From a virus, in the IMG/VR virus record IMGVR_UViG_3300030943_000008, positions 5,875-69,874 of that record: a stretch of 64,000 nt of DNA. The stretch is one strand, 5' to 3'. The notes beneath the pieces are model-generated. The model was not told the origin of the DNA. It saw nothing but the letters and a program-made list of their open reading frames with translations, and searched no databases. A program made the position numbers and the translations under genes. Positions 35,784 to 44,482 of this stretch are shown one piece after another. Each line of letters starts with the position of its first letter. Position 1 is the first letter of the stretch.

Positions 35784-36816
35784 GGGCGAGAAGGTACTGC
35801 GCGCGGTGTTCCCCAATGCGGGGATTCAGGCGGAATACCGCCGCCGCCTTGACGCGATGATCAATGATATGGCGGCCTCCTATCAATATTGGATCGCCGC
35901 GGCCTATCGCGCCAACGAGACCAGTATTGCGATGGACGCAAAACAGGTTCGCGTGACGGCGGTTGAAACGCAGATTGGTACGAACGCCCGTGGGCGCGTC
36001 TGGTTTTCCTTTGTTGACGGCGAAATGTTACGCGGCAAAAATGGCGTTGGCAGAACATGGAACTCGCGCGTTGCGGCGGAGACAGCCGGTATCAAAGCGG
36101 CTGGCGCGCAGGCCATCGTCACCGAGGCGATAAAGCACGGCAGCCGGTTTGATTTTGAGACGCTGATGTCGCTTCCCGTCCCGGAAACGCCTGTGGGCAG
36201 CCTGCAGGAACGGCTATCCACCCTCGGCGCGCAATGGTCGGCGCGCATCGATGCCGCGGCGCCGAAGCTGGCCGAATGGTTTCGCCAGGCAGTCAGCACC
36301 CGTTCCGGCGCGGCCCTCAAGAAAATCCTCAAGGAAGGCGGGATGTCCGTCGAATTTCAGATGACGCCTGCGATGCGGAACGTCGCGCAGGCGAGCGTCG
36401 CGGAAAATGTGGCGTTGATCCGCTCTATCGGCGAAAAATATCATTCGCAGGTTGAAGGGATGGTGATGCGATCCGTCACCACCGGGCGCGACCTCGGCGG
36501 ATTGGTCAAGGAACTGGAGCATGAACTCGGTCTGACGCGGAAACGCGCGGCCTTCATAGCCTTAGATCAAAACAACAAAATGACGGCTAACTTCACGACG
36601 GTGCGGCAGATCGAAGTCGGCATTACCGATGCTATCTGGTTGCATAGCCACGCCGGGAAAGTCCCGCGCCCGACGCATCTTGCGAATAACGGAAAACGCT
36701 ATTCTGTCGCAGCCGGCTGGTATGATCCCGATCCGAAGGTAAAACGCTTCATCCGCCCTGGTGAGTTGCCCCGGTGCAGGTGTACCTCCCGCTCCGTAGT
36801 GAAAGGCTTCACCTGA
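35770..36816 (+). CDS. MuF / SPP1 gp7-like head morphogenesis protein with internal insertion
   Basis: PNAGI, RAAFIALDQNNK, WLHS...PRPTH, PGELPRCRC. Confidence 0.88.
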   Translation: MRKRKGEKVLRAVFPNAGIQAEYRRRLDAMINDMAASYQYWIAAAYRANETSIAMDAKQVRVTAVETQIGTNARGRVWFSFVDGEMLRGKNGVGRTWNSRVAAETAGIKAAGAQAIVTEAIKHGSRFDFETLMSLPVPETPVGSLQERLSTLGAQWSARIDAAAPKLAEWFRQAVSTRSGAALKKILKEGGMSVEFQMTPAMRNVAQASVAENVALIRSIGEKYHSQVEGMVMRSVTTGRDLGGLVKELEHELGLTRKRAAFIALDQNNKMTANFTTVRQIEVGITDAIWLHSHAGKVPRPTHLANNGKRYSVAAGWYDPDPKVKRFIRPGELPRCRCTSRSVVKGFT

Positions 36817-37367
36817 TGAAACTGATTTTGTGCGACCGCAACGCCAATCTTTGCAGCCACTGGCGTCAGTGGTTCGGCGGAGTGCCAGACGTATCCATAG
36901 TTCAAGGGGATTTCTTCGCGCAGTATGCCGATGCTGCGGTGAGCCCAGCGAATAGTTTCGGGTTCATGGATGGCGGTATCGATCAGGCGTTCTTGGATCA
37001 TTGGGGCTACGATCTGCAGGACAGGATTCAGGATTGGATCAAAGAGAACGGCGAAATCCTCGTTGGCCAAGCCATCACCGTGCCCGTTTTGAAAAAGGAA
37101 TGGTGTGCGGTCGCTCGCGTGATTTCCGCGCCGACCATGCGGACGCCGCGCCGGATCGTGGATGCCGATGCTGTCCGGCTTTCCACGCGCGCCGCGCTGC
37201 GCGAGGCAACGCGGATCGGTGCAACGTCGATCCTGATGACCGGAATGGGTGCCGGCGCTGGCGCAGTTCCGGCCCATATCTGCGCCGAGCAGATGCGCAA
37301 AGGGTGGGGCGACGTGTTCGAGCCGAAGCCGTTCCCGAAGTCGTGGCGTGAAGCGGCGGCGATGTGA
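36816..37367 (+). CDS. Macrodomain (ADP-ribose binding/hydrolase) protein
   Basis: GDFF, DAAVSPANSFGFMDGGID, APTMR.P, GMGAGAG; TGATG-coupled to MuF. Confidence 0.92.
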   Translation: MKLILCDRNANLCSHWRQWFGGVPDVSIVQGDFFAQYADAAVSPANSFGFMDGGIDQAFLDHWGYDLQDRIQDWIKENGEILVGQAITVPVLKKEWCAVARVISAPTMRTPRRIVDADAVRLSTRAALREATRIGATSILMTGMGAGAGAVPAHICAEQMRKGWGDVFEPKPFPKSWREAAAM

Positions 37368-37387
37368 TGATTAATTCGAGGGTAACC

Positions 37388-38272
37388 ATGGGTGATCGAC
37401 CGCTGGCTATAGATTTGTTCACCGGCCTTCATGGTTGGTCTGAGGGGCTTGTCGCCGAGGGGTATCGGGTTGTCGGTTTCGACATTGAGGATATGTGCGG
37501 ACAGTTCGGTCAGAAGCGACCGGACCACGTCAGCCTGGTTATCCAAGACGTTCTTACGCTGCACGGATCGCAATTCAAGGATGCGGCGCTGATCGTCGCG
37601 TCGCCGCCGTGTCAGGCATATTCATGGATGGCGATGCCGTGGAAACTGGCGAAGGCCAAGGCGGCGGCGATTCGCGCGGATACGACCGGCCAATCGCTGG
37701 CTGATCTGAATCGGCTGTTCAACGCCTGCTTTCGAATCCAGAAGGAAGCCAGCATTGCGGCGGGGCGGCACATTCCGATGGTGATCGAGAACGTCCGGGG
37801 AGCTCAGCCATGGGTGGGCCGCGCGCGGTATAATTTCGGGTCGTTTTATCTGTGGGGCGACGTGCCGGCGCTGATGCCGATGACGGTGAAGGCCACAAAG
37901 GTGCCAGGCTTTCGCTTCGATGGCTCTGGAAAGACTTTCCAGAGCGCGAGCGTTGCGGAACATTCCGACGCCACAAAGGTGCCAAGCGCGGACGGCGGAA
38001 GGCGCACTGACAAGGGCAAAGGCGCGCGGTTCACGTCGCGGGACTGCGGGATCGAAGGCCGTAAAATGCCCGGCATCGAATTGAGTGAGGTGGGATTCAA
38101 CGTCGCGGCCGCGCGGCAATACGCGCATTTGGTTGAGGGGGCTGAATATGTGAGGACAGCCGACGACAAGCGCCAGCACATCGGCATCAACCGCAAAATG
38201 GCCTCTGCCATGATCGCCAAGATCCCGCTTCCCTTGAGCCGTCACATCGCGGCAACCTACCGAGAGACCTGA
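37388..38272 (+). CDS. C5-cytosine DNA methyltransferase-like protein
   Basis: IDLFTGLHG (motif I), ASPPCQ (IV), IENV (VI). Confidence 0.82.
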   Translation: MGDRPLAIDLFTGLHGWSEGLVAEGYRVVGFDIEDMCGQFGQKRPDHVSLVIQDVLTLHGSQFKDAALIVASPPCQAYSWMAMPWKLAKAKAAAIRADTTGQSLADLNRLFNACFRIQKEASIAAGRHIPMVIENVRGAQPWVGRARYNFGSFYLWGDVPALMPMTVKATKVPGFRFDGSGKTFQSASVAEHSDATKVPSADGGRRTDKGKGARFTSRDCGIEGRKMPGIELSEVGFNVAAARQYAHLVEGAEYVRTADDKRQHIGINRKMASAMIAKIPLPLSRHIAATYRET

Positions 38273-38291
38273 TCACAACGGGAGAATCCTG

Positions 38292-38711
38292 ATGTCTCGT
38301 ATCGTGCGCAATTTCGAGGAAGTCGTGTCTGAGTGTTCACGGTCCGAGATTTTCAGGGAAAGGCGGTTCATCCTTTCGGCGATCGCCTGCACGGTGGTGC
38401 TGATTTTGGCGGCGACCGCCGTGTTTGCCCGTGACCGCGGCCAGTTCGCGCAGAGCAGCCCCGAAATCAAGCAATGGTTCGACAGCCTGCGCGACAAGAA
38501 GGGAACGCCGTGCTGCGACACCAGCGACGGCTTCCGCGTCGAGGATCCGGACTGGCGCAACGTCGGGGATGCCTACGAGGTCAAGATTGATGGCGAATGG
38601 CGCCGGATGACCGACGACCAACTGGTCACCACGCCGAACCGCATCGGCTATGCCATGGTCTGGATATTCCACGGGCGGATTATCTGCTTCATGCCGGGAG
38701 CACGGGGATGA
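38292..38711 (+). CDS. Secreted Cys-containing protein (rhizobial-type family)
   Basis: Signal/TM segment; WFDSL...CCDTSDG...ICFMPG. Confidence 0.7.
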   Translation: MSRIVRNFEEVVSECSRSEIFRERRFILSAIACTVVLILAATAVFARDRGQFAQSSPEIKQWFDSLRDKKGTPCCDTSDGFRVEDPDWRNVGDAYEVKIDGEWRRMTDDQLVTTPNRIGYAMVWIFHGRIICFMPGARG

Positions 38712-38793
38712 AAGGCAACCATGCCCGGCAAGTCGCGCTCGCCGCCAACGTGATGGTGTGGCTGCTGATCCTGCGCGTTGCGGGCTTGATCTG

Positions 38794-39117
38794 ATGGCAT
38801 TGCGGCCGATTCCATCTAGAGATTTGATCGGGCAGCTTGCGGCCGCCATGCGAATCCTTGGATTCCGCCCCACCCATACGAGCCCGAGTGGATCGCGATA
38901 TCTCGGCTATCCCGGCACGCCGTTCCAGATCAGGATATCCGACCATAGATAGAGCGGTTTCAATAAAACCCGCCAAGCGCAAGCGGTCCGGTCGGTGGTC
39001 GTCCGGCCCGTTCCTGCCGCCGAGGTGAGCGCGCTGGCACTTGATCTGGCGGTGCGCTTCTTGGTGCAGGTCGACGAGAGGCGTGGATATTTCCGTGCGC
39101 CGCGCCCTCGCCCGTGA
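38794..39117 (+). pseudogene. ORF interrupted by an in-frame TAG (38950-38952)
   Basis: SGSRY...IRISDHR* then continues in frame for 54 codons. Confidence 0.55.
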
Positions 39118-39129
39118 TATGCGAAATCC

Positions 39130-39384
39130 ATGAGCACCACAGCCGAATCGCAACCGTGCATACTGGACATTCCGATCAACGCGCTGGCGCCGGATTTCTT
39201 TTGGACTCGGATGGCGGCGGCAGGCGTATCAATTGAGGAAGGCGAGGCGTATCGAGCCGGCCTGCTTTCCCGTGACGATGAAGCCCGGATAGAATGGCGG
39301 GTGCAGATGTCCCGTAACCGCCTGCGGGATGCTGAGGTCCCCGGCGTTCAGTTTTGGATGTCGCACCGAAGGATGGTTTCGTAA
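39130..39384 (+). CDS. Hypothetical protein
   Basis: 84-aa ORF coupled to the next gene. Confidence 0.5.
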   Translation: MSTTAESQPCILDIPINALAPDFFWTRMAAAGVSIEEGEAYRAGLLSRDDEARIEWRVQMSRNRLRDAEVPGVQFWMSHRRMVS

Positions 39385-39599
39385 TGCCGATTGACCAGCC
39401 CCCAGCAATCATTCAGCCGGCTCAACCCGGGAAAAAGTTCTCCGTTAATGCCGGTGTCGGCGGGTGGTGGGCTCACATCGAAGGCCATGCATATCCGTTT
39501 GGCGCATGGCGTATGGACCGTGGCCCTTATCCGTTCCGATGGATGGCCGCCATTCAGTTTCCGATCGAGCGATTGACCAAAGACGGACCACGCCGATGA
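39384..39599 (+). CDS. Hypothetical protein
   Basis: TAATG and ATGA coupling. Confidence 0.5.
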   Translation: MPIDQPPAIIQPAQPGKKFSVNAGVGGWWAHIEGHAYPFGAWRMDRGPYPFRWMAAIQFPIERLTKDGPRR

Positions 39600-41350
39600 C
39601 CGACTTTAAGGAAAGCGACCACCCGCGCGCTCCAGACGGCAAGTTTGGATCTGGTGGCGGCGGAAGTTCATCCACGTCAAAACCATCGGTGTCTTTTTCG
39701 GCCCCTCTGGATACTGAGGAACGGCAGGCCCTGTCCGATTATGCCGGGCAAGCTTACGTAGACGTTAATGAATCGCTGCGGACTGGCGCGAAGATGACGC
39801 CGGAAAATCGCCTGTTAGTGGAGACTATGGACGACGCATTTGAAAAGGCGTCAACCGACCACGAGATGACTGTCTACCGATCAGTGGTATCGGGATTTTG
39901 GCAACCGCTCGTAGGCAATGTGAAGCCTGGCGATGTCGTGACCGACAAATCGTACACATCAACAACCACAAATCCAGAAGGAGTGAAGCGGTTCGGGTCT
40001 CATACGGTTGAGATCAAAGTTCCAAAGGGCGCGAAAGCAATCCCGATGGATGGTATTTCCAAATACGAGCACGAGTCGGAAGTCGTGTTAGGACGGGGGA
40101 CACAATTTGAAGTCGTAAGCACGACCCCACAAAAAACAGTCCTTCGGGTTATCCCGGCCGGCACAATTGGAAAAGACGAGACGATGACCGCTGTTCTTGC
40201 CGCGAACTCTGCGATTCCGGCCAGCTTGCGCAAGAAGGCCTACGACTCGTCCGCGCTGGCGGGGATTACCAAGCATGCAGCCGGCGTCCTGCACGTCGCG
40301 CCCGATGGCGATATTCTGCTGCTGCGCCGTGCCGGCGAGCCGGGCAAGGACAATTTCGTCGGACATTGGGCGTTGCCAGGCGGCGGCGTTGACGATGGTG
40401 AGACCCCCGAGCAGGGCGCCGTCCGCGAGAACCGCGAGGAAATGGGCGTCGACGTCGATCCCGCGAAGCTCAAGCCGCTGGACCGCACCAAGACGCCGAA
40501 CGGCATGGCCTTCCACACGTTCGCGCATCCGGCCGCGACCAAATTTTCCCCGACGCTGAACGACGAGCACAGCGGCGCCGGCTGGTTCGGTTTGCATGAG
40601 CTGCCGCGGCCGCTGCATCCCGCCGTCGAAAAGACGCTCCGCGATCAGGTCGGCGTCAAGGACGACATGTCACCAGAGGATGCGAAGACGGCCGGAGAGG
40701 GTCTGGCGTCGTGGGCGGCAGAACCGGGCGAAGATTTTCCGGCAACTGATTCGGCGCTGCTGCTGGCGCTTGATCGAGACTCCGTCCGAGAGACGGATAG
40801 CAGCGGGCGCCTGCACATCGAAACAGCGAATATCTGCAAGGCATGCGTTTCGCCCTATCGAGGGTCGGAAATCCCCGGATGGAAAGACCTCGGGCTCGAT
40901 CCTGATGAAGTCTATCAACTGCTTCGTGATCCGGATGAGCTGCGAAAGTCTGTGGCGAGCGCGAACGGCATTCAGTTGCTGCGCAAGCACATTCCGGTCA
41001 GCGCAGAAGATCACCAGCCATGGGATGTTGTTGGCGCGGTGGGTACGAATGCAAAGTGGGTTGATCCATACATTCAAAACGGCCTGACGGTGTGGCCTGC
41101 CGCCGATATCGCCAGCGTTCTGTCCGGCAAGAAGAAAATGCTGAGTCCGGGGTATCACTACAAGCCGGACCTGACGCCAGGCGTTTTTGAGGGCGTGAAA
41201 TACCAAATTGTGATGCGGAATATTATCTTCAATCACCTCGCCATCGTCGAGGATGGGAGACAGGGAAGCGACATCGTGATCGGTGACTCAGATCCGTTCG
41301 CGGCGGGATGGGAGATCGTCGAGGCTGCGATTTTGGCTTTGCGCCCGTAA
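39596..41350 (+). CDS. Fusion: ESDHPR tag + ADP-ribosyltransferase + Nudix hydrolase + DUF2213 prohead protease
   Basis: Y.DVNESLR, VYRS, YTSTT, ESEVVL (R-S-ExE ART); GGGVDDGETPEQGAVRENREEMG (Nudix box); NICKA.VSPY.G.EIP, LSPGY, NHLAIVEDGRQG (DUF2213). Confidence 0.9.
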   Translation: MTDFKESDHPRAPDGKFGSGGGGSSSTSKPSVSFSAPLDTEERQALSDYAGQAYVDVNESLRTGAKMTPENRLLVETMDDAFEKASTDHEMTVYRSVVSGFWQPLVGNVKPGDVVTDKSYTSTTTNPEGVKRFGSHTVEIKVPKGAKAIPMDGISKYEHESEVVLGRGTQFEVVSTTPQKTVLRVIPAGTIGKDETMTAVLAANSAIPASLRKKAYDSSALAGITKHAAGVLHVAPDGDILLLRRAGEPGKDNFVGHWALPGGGVDDGETPEQGAVRENREEMGVDVDPAKLKPLDRTKTPNGMAFHTFAHPAATKFSPTLNDEHSGAGWFGLHELPRPLHPAVEKTLRDQVGVKDDMSPEDAKTAGEGLASWAAEPGEDFPATDSALLLALDRDSVRETDSSGRLHIETANICKACVSPYRGSEIPGWKDLGLDPDEVYQLLRDPDELRKSVASANGIQLLRKHIPVSAEDHQPWDVVGAVGTNAKWVDPYIQNGLTVWPAADIASVLSGKKKMLSPGYHYKPDLTPGVFEGVKYQIVMRNIIFNHLAIVEDGRQGSDIVIGDSDPFAAGWEIVEAAILALRP

Positions 41351-42105
41351 ACCCATCCATTGGGCAATTCTTCATGAGGCTTCAGTCTCTTTGTTGAAGT
41401 GCCGTCGTTTATCCATCGGGTGCCCATCGCTACAGTTTTTATTATGTCGCTGTTGATATTGAAGCGGCCTCTTTTCCAGCCTGCTGGAATTTTGTCGTCA
41501 GAGTTAATTCGACGATCGTTTTTTCCATCATTTATCCAAAAAACGGCTGTCACGGTCAGGGATGCTTTCAAGGCAGCGGTGGAACGTTCTTCGGGGGTGG
41601 TTTGGCTCATTCTGGTGACGGCCCCCTTTTGACCTGCGATTTTTCTTCTCGCTGCGCCGAGGTTCTGTTGGCGCGACAACGCGCGTTCGCGTCGAGCTTC
41701 TGGCGAATGCCTTCGGTGGGCGTCACTGATCGCCTTACTGACTTGGAGTCGTTTTTCCGGTGAGTATGAAGCGGCCAACTCCCTCGCTGATTCCGAAGTC
41801 ATTCCATCCCCGCCAGGAGAAATGTTCGTCAGAGGTCCGTGCCCCGTTTTTCTTCGCCCAATAGCTGCGATGAATGCGCTTTCAATTTCTAGCGCTTCGA
41901 TCTCCGTGACGCCCTCTCTTATGAAAACGAATGGCACATAGCCCATCTCTTCCACGGTTCTCTTCAAAAAGGCGTTCTTCATGTGGTTGTGCCGTGAGGG
42001 GACCAAGGTACTTTGGATTCTAGTTCCGCATCCTTTGCCGACATATCGAGGAATGGCGTTTTCGTCGAAGAGGATGTAGACATAGAAGATCGCTGGATCG
42101 GACAT
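41233..42105 (-). CDS. GIY-YIG homing endonuclease
   Basis: FYVYILF...YVGKG..R, E..FI, LTNISPGGDG; two WINDG repeats; antisense and lower GC. Confidence 0.85.
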   Translation of the reverse strand: MSDPAIFYVYILFDENAIPRYVGKGCGTRIQSTLVPSRHNHMKNAFLKRTVEEMGYVPFVFIREGVTEIEALEIESAFIAAIGRRKTGHGPLTNISPGGDGMTSESARELAASYSPEKRLQVSKAISDAHRRHSPEARRERALSRQQNLGAARRKIAGQKGAVTRMSQTTPEERSTAALKASLTVTAVFWINDGKNDRRINSDDKIPAGWKRGRFNINSDIIKTVAMGTRWINDGTSTKRLKPHEELPNGWVYGRKAKIAASTISHPAANGSESPITMSLPCLPSSTMAR

Positions 42106-42307
42106 GGCAAAACTCAACGTTAAGGAAATTCGGGATAATCTCCGGCTTAGTCAGCCGGAATTTGCGGCGCGCTTTGGTTTTAATCTCGGAACGCTCCGAC
42201 AGTGGGAGCAAGGCCGGCGCCAACCTGATAGCGCTGCCAGGGTGCTGCTTTCCGTCATCTCCCACGCTCCGAATGTCGTCGATGAGGCACTATCTATAGG
42301 CACGTGA
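42104..42307 (+). CDS. XRE-family HTH protein (HigA-like, no toxin seen)
   Basis: IRDNLRLSQPEFAARFG..LGTLRQWEQGRRQP. Confidence 0.85.
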   Translation: MAKLNVKEIRDNLRLSQPEFAARFGFNLGTLRQWEQGRRQPDSAARVLLSVISHAPNVVDEALSIGT

Positions 42308-42399
42308 GATGCAGTGCGTCATAGACATACTATGAAATTGCAGCGAAATCAGTCAAATCTTGCGCGAACTCGAATCTTGTCCACGAAGGCTGCTGATAA

Positions 42400-43428
42400 A
42401 TGACTGCGCTCCGGGATGCATTGCGCAAGAAATATCGAAGCCCGAAGGATGCACTTCAGGCGCTTGGCCTCGACGAGGCACTTTTGACCCCTCAGGAGAA
42501 CATCATGGCGAAGCCGACCCGAATTGGCGCATTGGTCCTGTCCAGTACCGCCGCCGCCGTTGCCCCGCTGCTGGCGATGGATTCCAAGGTCACGCTTCCG
42601 AAGGACCTATTCGCGGGTCTGACATCCAAGAACATCAAGGCCAACAAGGCGGCGCTGCTCGCCGGCGTCCGGCTGGCGCTGGACGGCAAGCTTCGTAAGG
42701 GCCTGGCGCTCGATGCCTCCATGGCCGGCCTCGCCAAGGCCATCGACGCTTTCGAGGACATGGACGACGCGGTCGACGAAGCCGGCGAGAATGATCTGGA
42801 GAAGGTCGCCTCGGTCGATCCGGTCGCCGCCGAAATCCTGAAGGAAAAGAAGGACGACGACGGCGTGTTCGACTCTGCCGACCTGATGGCCTTCCTGAAG
42901 GGCAAGGGCATGTCGGACGAAGATATTGCCGCCGCCTGCGCGATGCTCCCGGCTGCTGGCGCCGTCGACGAAGCCGAGACCCCCGAAGAAAAGGCCACCC
43001 GCGAGAAGAAAGAAGCGGAAGCCGCCGCAGCGAAGGACGCCGAGATGAAGGACATGGTCACGAAGCCGGCGATGGATGCTGCGCTGGCCGCCATCCGCAC
43101 CGCCACCATCAAGGAAGTGCGCGACACCGAGCGCGGCATCCGCCAGGCGCTCGCCGATGTCGCGCCATACGTTGGGGAAATCCCGGCGTCGATGGCCTTC
43201 GACAGCGCCGCCGACGTCCGCCGCCACGCGCTGACCATGCTTGGCGTCGAGGGCGCCAAGACGATCCACGCTGACGCCCTGGCCCCGGTGCTGGCCGCGC
43301 AGCGCAAGATCGGCCACCGCACCTCCGAGCAGTCTGTCCGCGAAATGCCGATGGGCATGGATAGCGCCAGCATCGACAGCGCCACCAAGTACGCGCCCGG
43401 CCTGGCTCACATCGAAATCGGCGGCTGA
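42400..43428 (+). CDS. Capsid scaffolding protein (likely start ATG 42505)
   Basis: Acidic/helical, multiple AMD/ALD/AFD motifs; RBS AGGAG before 42505; lies between protease and capsid genes. Confidence 0.75.
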   Translation: MTALRDALRKKYRSPKDALQALGLDEALLTPQENIMAKPTRIGALVLSSTAAAVAPLLAMDSKVTLPKDLFAGLTSKNIKANKAALLAGVRLALDGKLRKGLALDASMAGLAKAIDAFEDMDDAVDEAGENDLEKVASVDPVAAEILKEKKDDDGVFDSADLMAFLKGKGMSDEDIAAACAMLPAAGAVDEAETPEEKATREKKEAEAAAAKDAEMKDMVTKPAMDAALAAIRTATIKEVRDTERGIRQALADVAPYVGEIPASMAFDSAADVRRHALTMLGVEGAKTIHADALAPVLAAQRKIGHRTSEQSVREMPMGMDSASIDSATKYAPGLAHIEIGG

Positions 43429-43487
43429 TCGCAACCCATCCCGAGGCAGGACCGCCTCCACTGAGATTTTTCTAACAGGAGAACGAA

Positions 43488-44432
43488 ATGTCGAACGGAT
43501 GGCAGCAGCAGGTTTACGGTAATCCGGCGATCGGCGTCGCGGGTCAGCGTTGCAGCGAAAACCCCCTGAGCAGCTTCGACGTCGGTCCGGGCGGCTTGGT
43601 CGCTGGTCCGAATGGCGTCACCGTTGGCCGCTTCGCATGGGTCGTGCCTCCGCTGGACCCGAACGGCACCCCGACGATTGCGAACAACTTCGGTTCCGGT
43701 CCGGTGGCTGGTTTCGTGATGCGCAACCTGCAGGGCACGCAGCCGAACTTCCTGGCCTATGCGGGCATGACCATCCTGCCGGGCTACGAGATGGCCCTGC
43801 AGATCGCTGGCGACTTCCTGGTGAAGAATGAGGGCGCCACAGCGGTGGTTCCCGGCATGAAGGCCTATGCCGACCTTGCGACCGGAGCGGTCAGCTTTGC
43901 GGCCACCGGTTCGCCGGCTGTCGGCGGCGCCGCCACCGGCACCATCGCGGCGGGCACCGGTTCGTTCACTGGTTCCATTGCCGGCGACGTCATGACCATC
44001 ACGGCGGTCGGATCCGGCTTGGCTGTCCCGGGCGGCATTCTGTCCGGCACCAACGTCGCGACCGGGACCGCGATCGTCAGCCAGTTGAGCGGAACGGCTA
44101 ACGGCGTTGGCACCTATCGGGTCAGCATTCCGAATCAGACTGTGGCTTCGGCCACGATCTCCGAGACCTATGGCTTGTTCACCGCGGTGAGCGGCCTGAC
44201 CGGCAACTTCGAGGTCGGCGACGTGCTTTCGGGTTCTGGCGTCACCGCTGGCACTGTCATCACCGGTCTCGGAACCGGAACGGGTGGTCTCGGCACCTAT
44301 TACGTCTCGCCGACGCAGACCGCCGGCAGCACCGCCATTTCGGCGACCGGTAACGTGGAGACCAAGTGGTTCGCTCGGTCGTCGGGTCTCGTTGGCGACG
44401 TGGTGAAGATCAGCTCATACCCGCTGGGCTGA
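43488..44432 (+). CDS. Head decoration / minor capsid protein with two inserted beta modules
   Basis: LVAGPNGVTVGRFAW, GFVMR, GDF, ETKWFARS; upstream of MCP. Confidence 0.8.
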   Translation: MSNGWQQQVYGNPAIGVAGQRCSENPLSSFDVGPGGLVAGPNGVTVGRFAWVVPPLDPNGTPTIANNFGSGPVAGFVMRNLQGTQPNFLAYAGMTILPGYEMALQIAGDFLVKNEGATAVVPGMKAYADLATGAVSFAATGSPAVGGAATGTIAAGTGSFTGSIAGDVMTITAVGSGLAVPGGILSGTNVATGTAIVSQLSGTANGVGTYRVSIPNQTVASATISETYGLFTAVSGLTGNFEVGDVLSGSGVTAGTVITGLGTGTGGLGTYYVSPTQTAGSTAISATGNVETKWFARSSGLVGDVVKISSYPLG

Positions 44433-44482
44433 TAGGCAGCCGGTCGGAAAATACCAGCAAAGTTTGAACAGGAGCGACATCG

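Noticed and set aside
38950-38952. Genome-wide TAG recoding
   Set aside because: TAG ends several genes at sensible positions (e.g. 33814, 48605, 59053) and no suppressor tRNA was seen
42104-42307. Complete HigBA-like toxin-antitoxin module
   Set aside because: No RelE/HigB-type toxin ORF is adjacent
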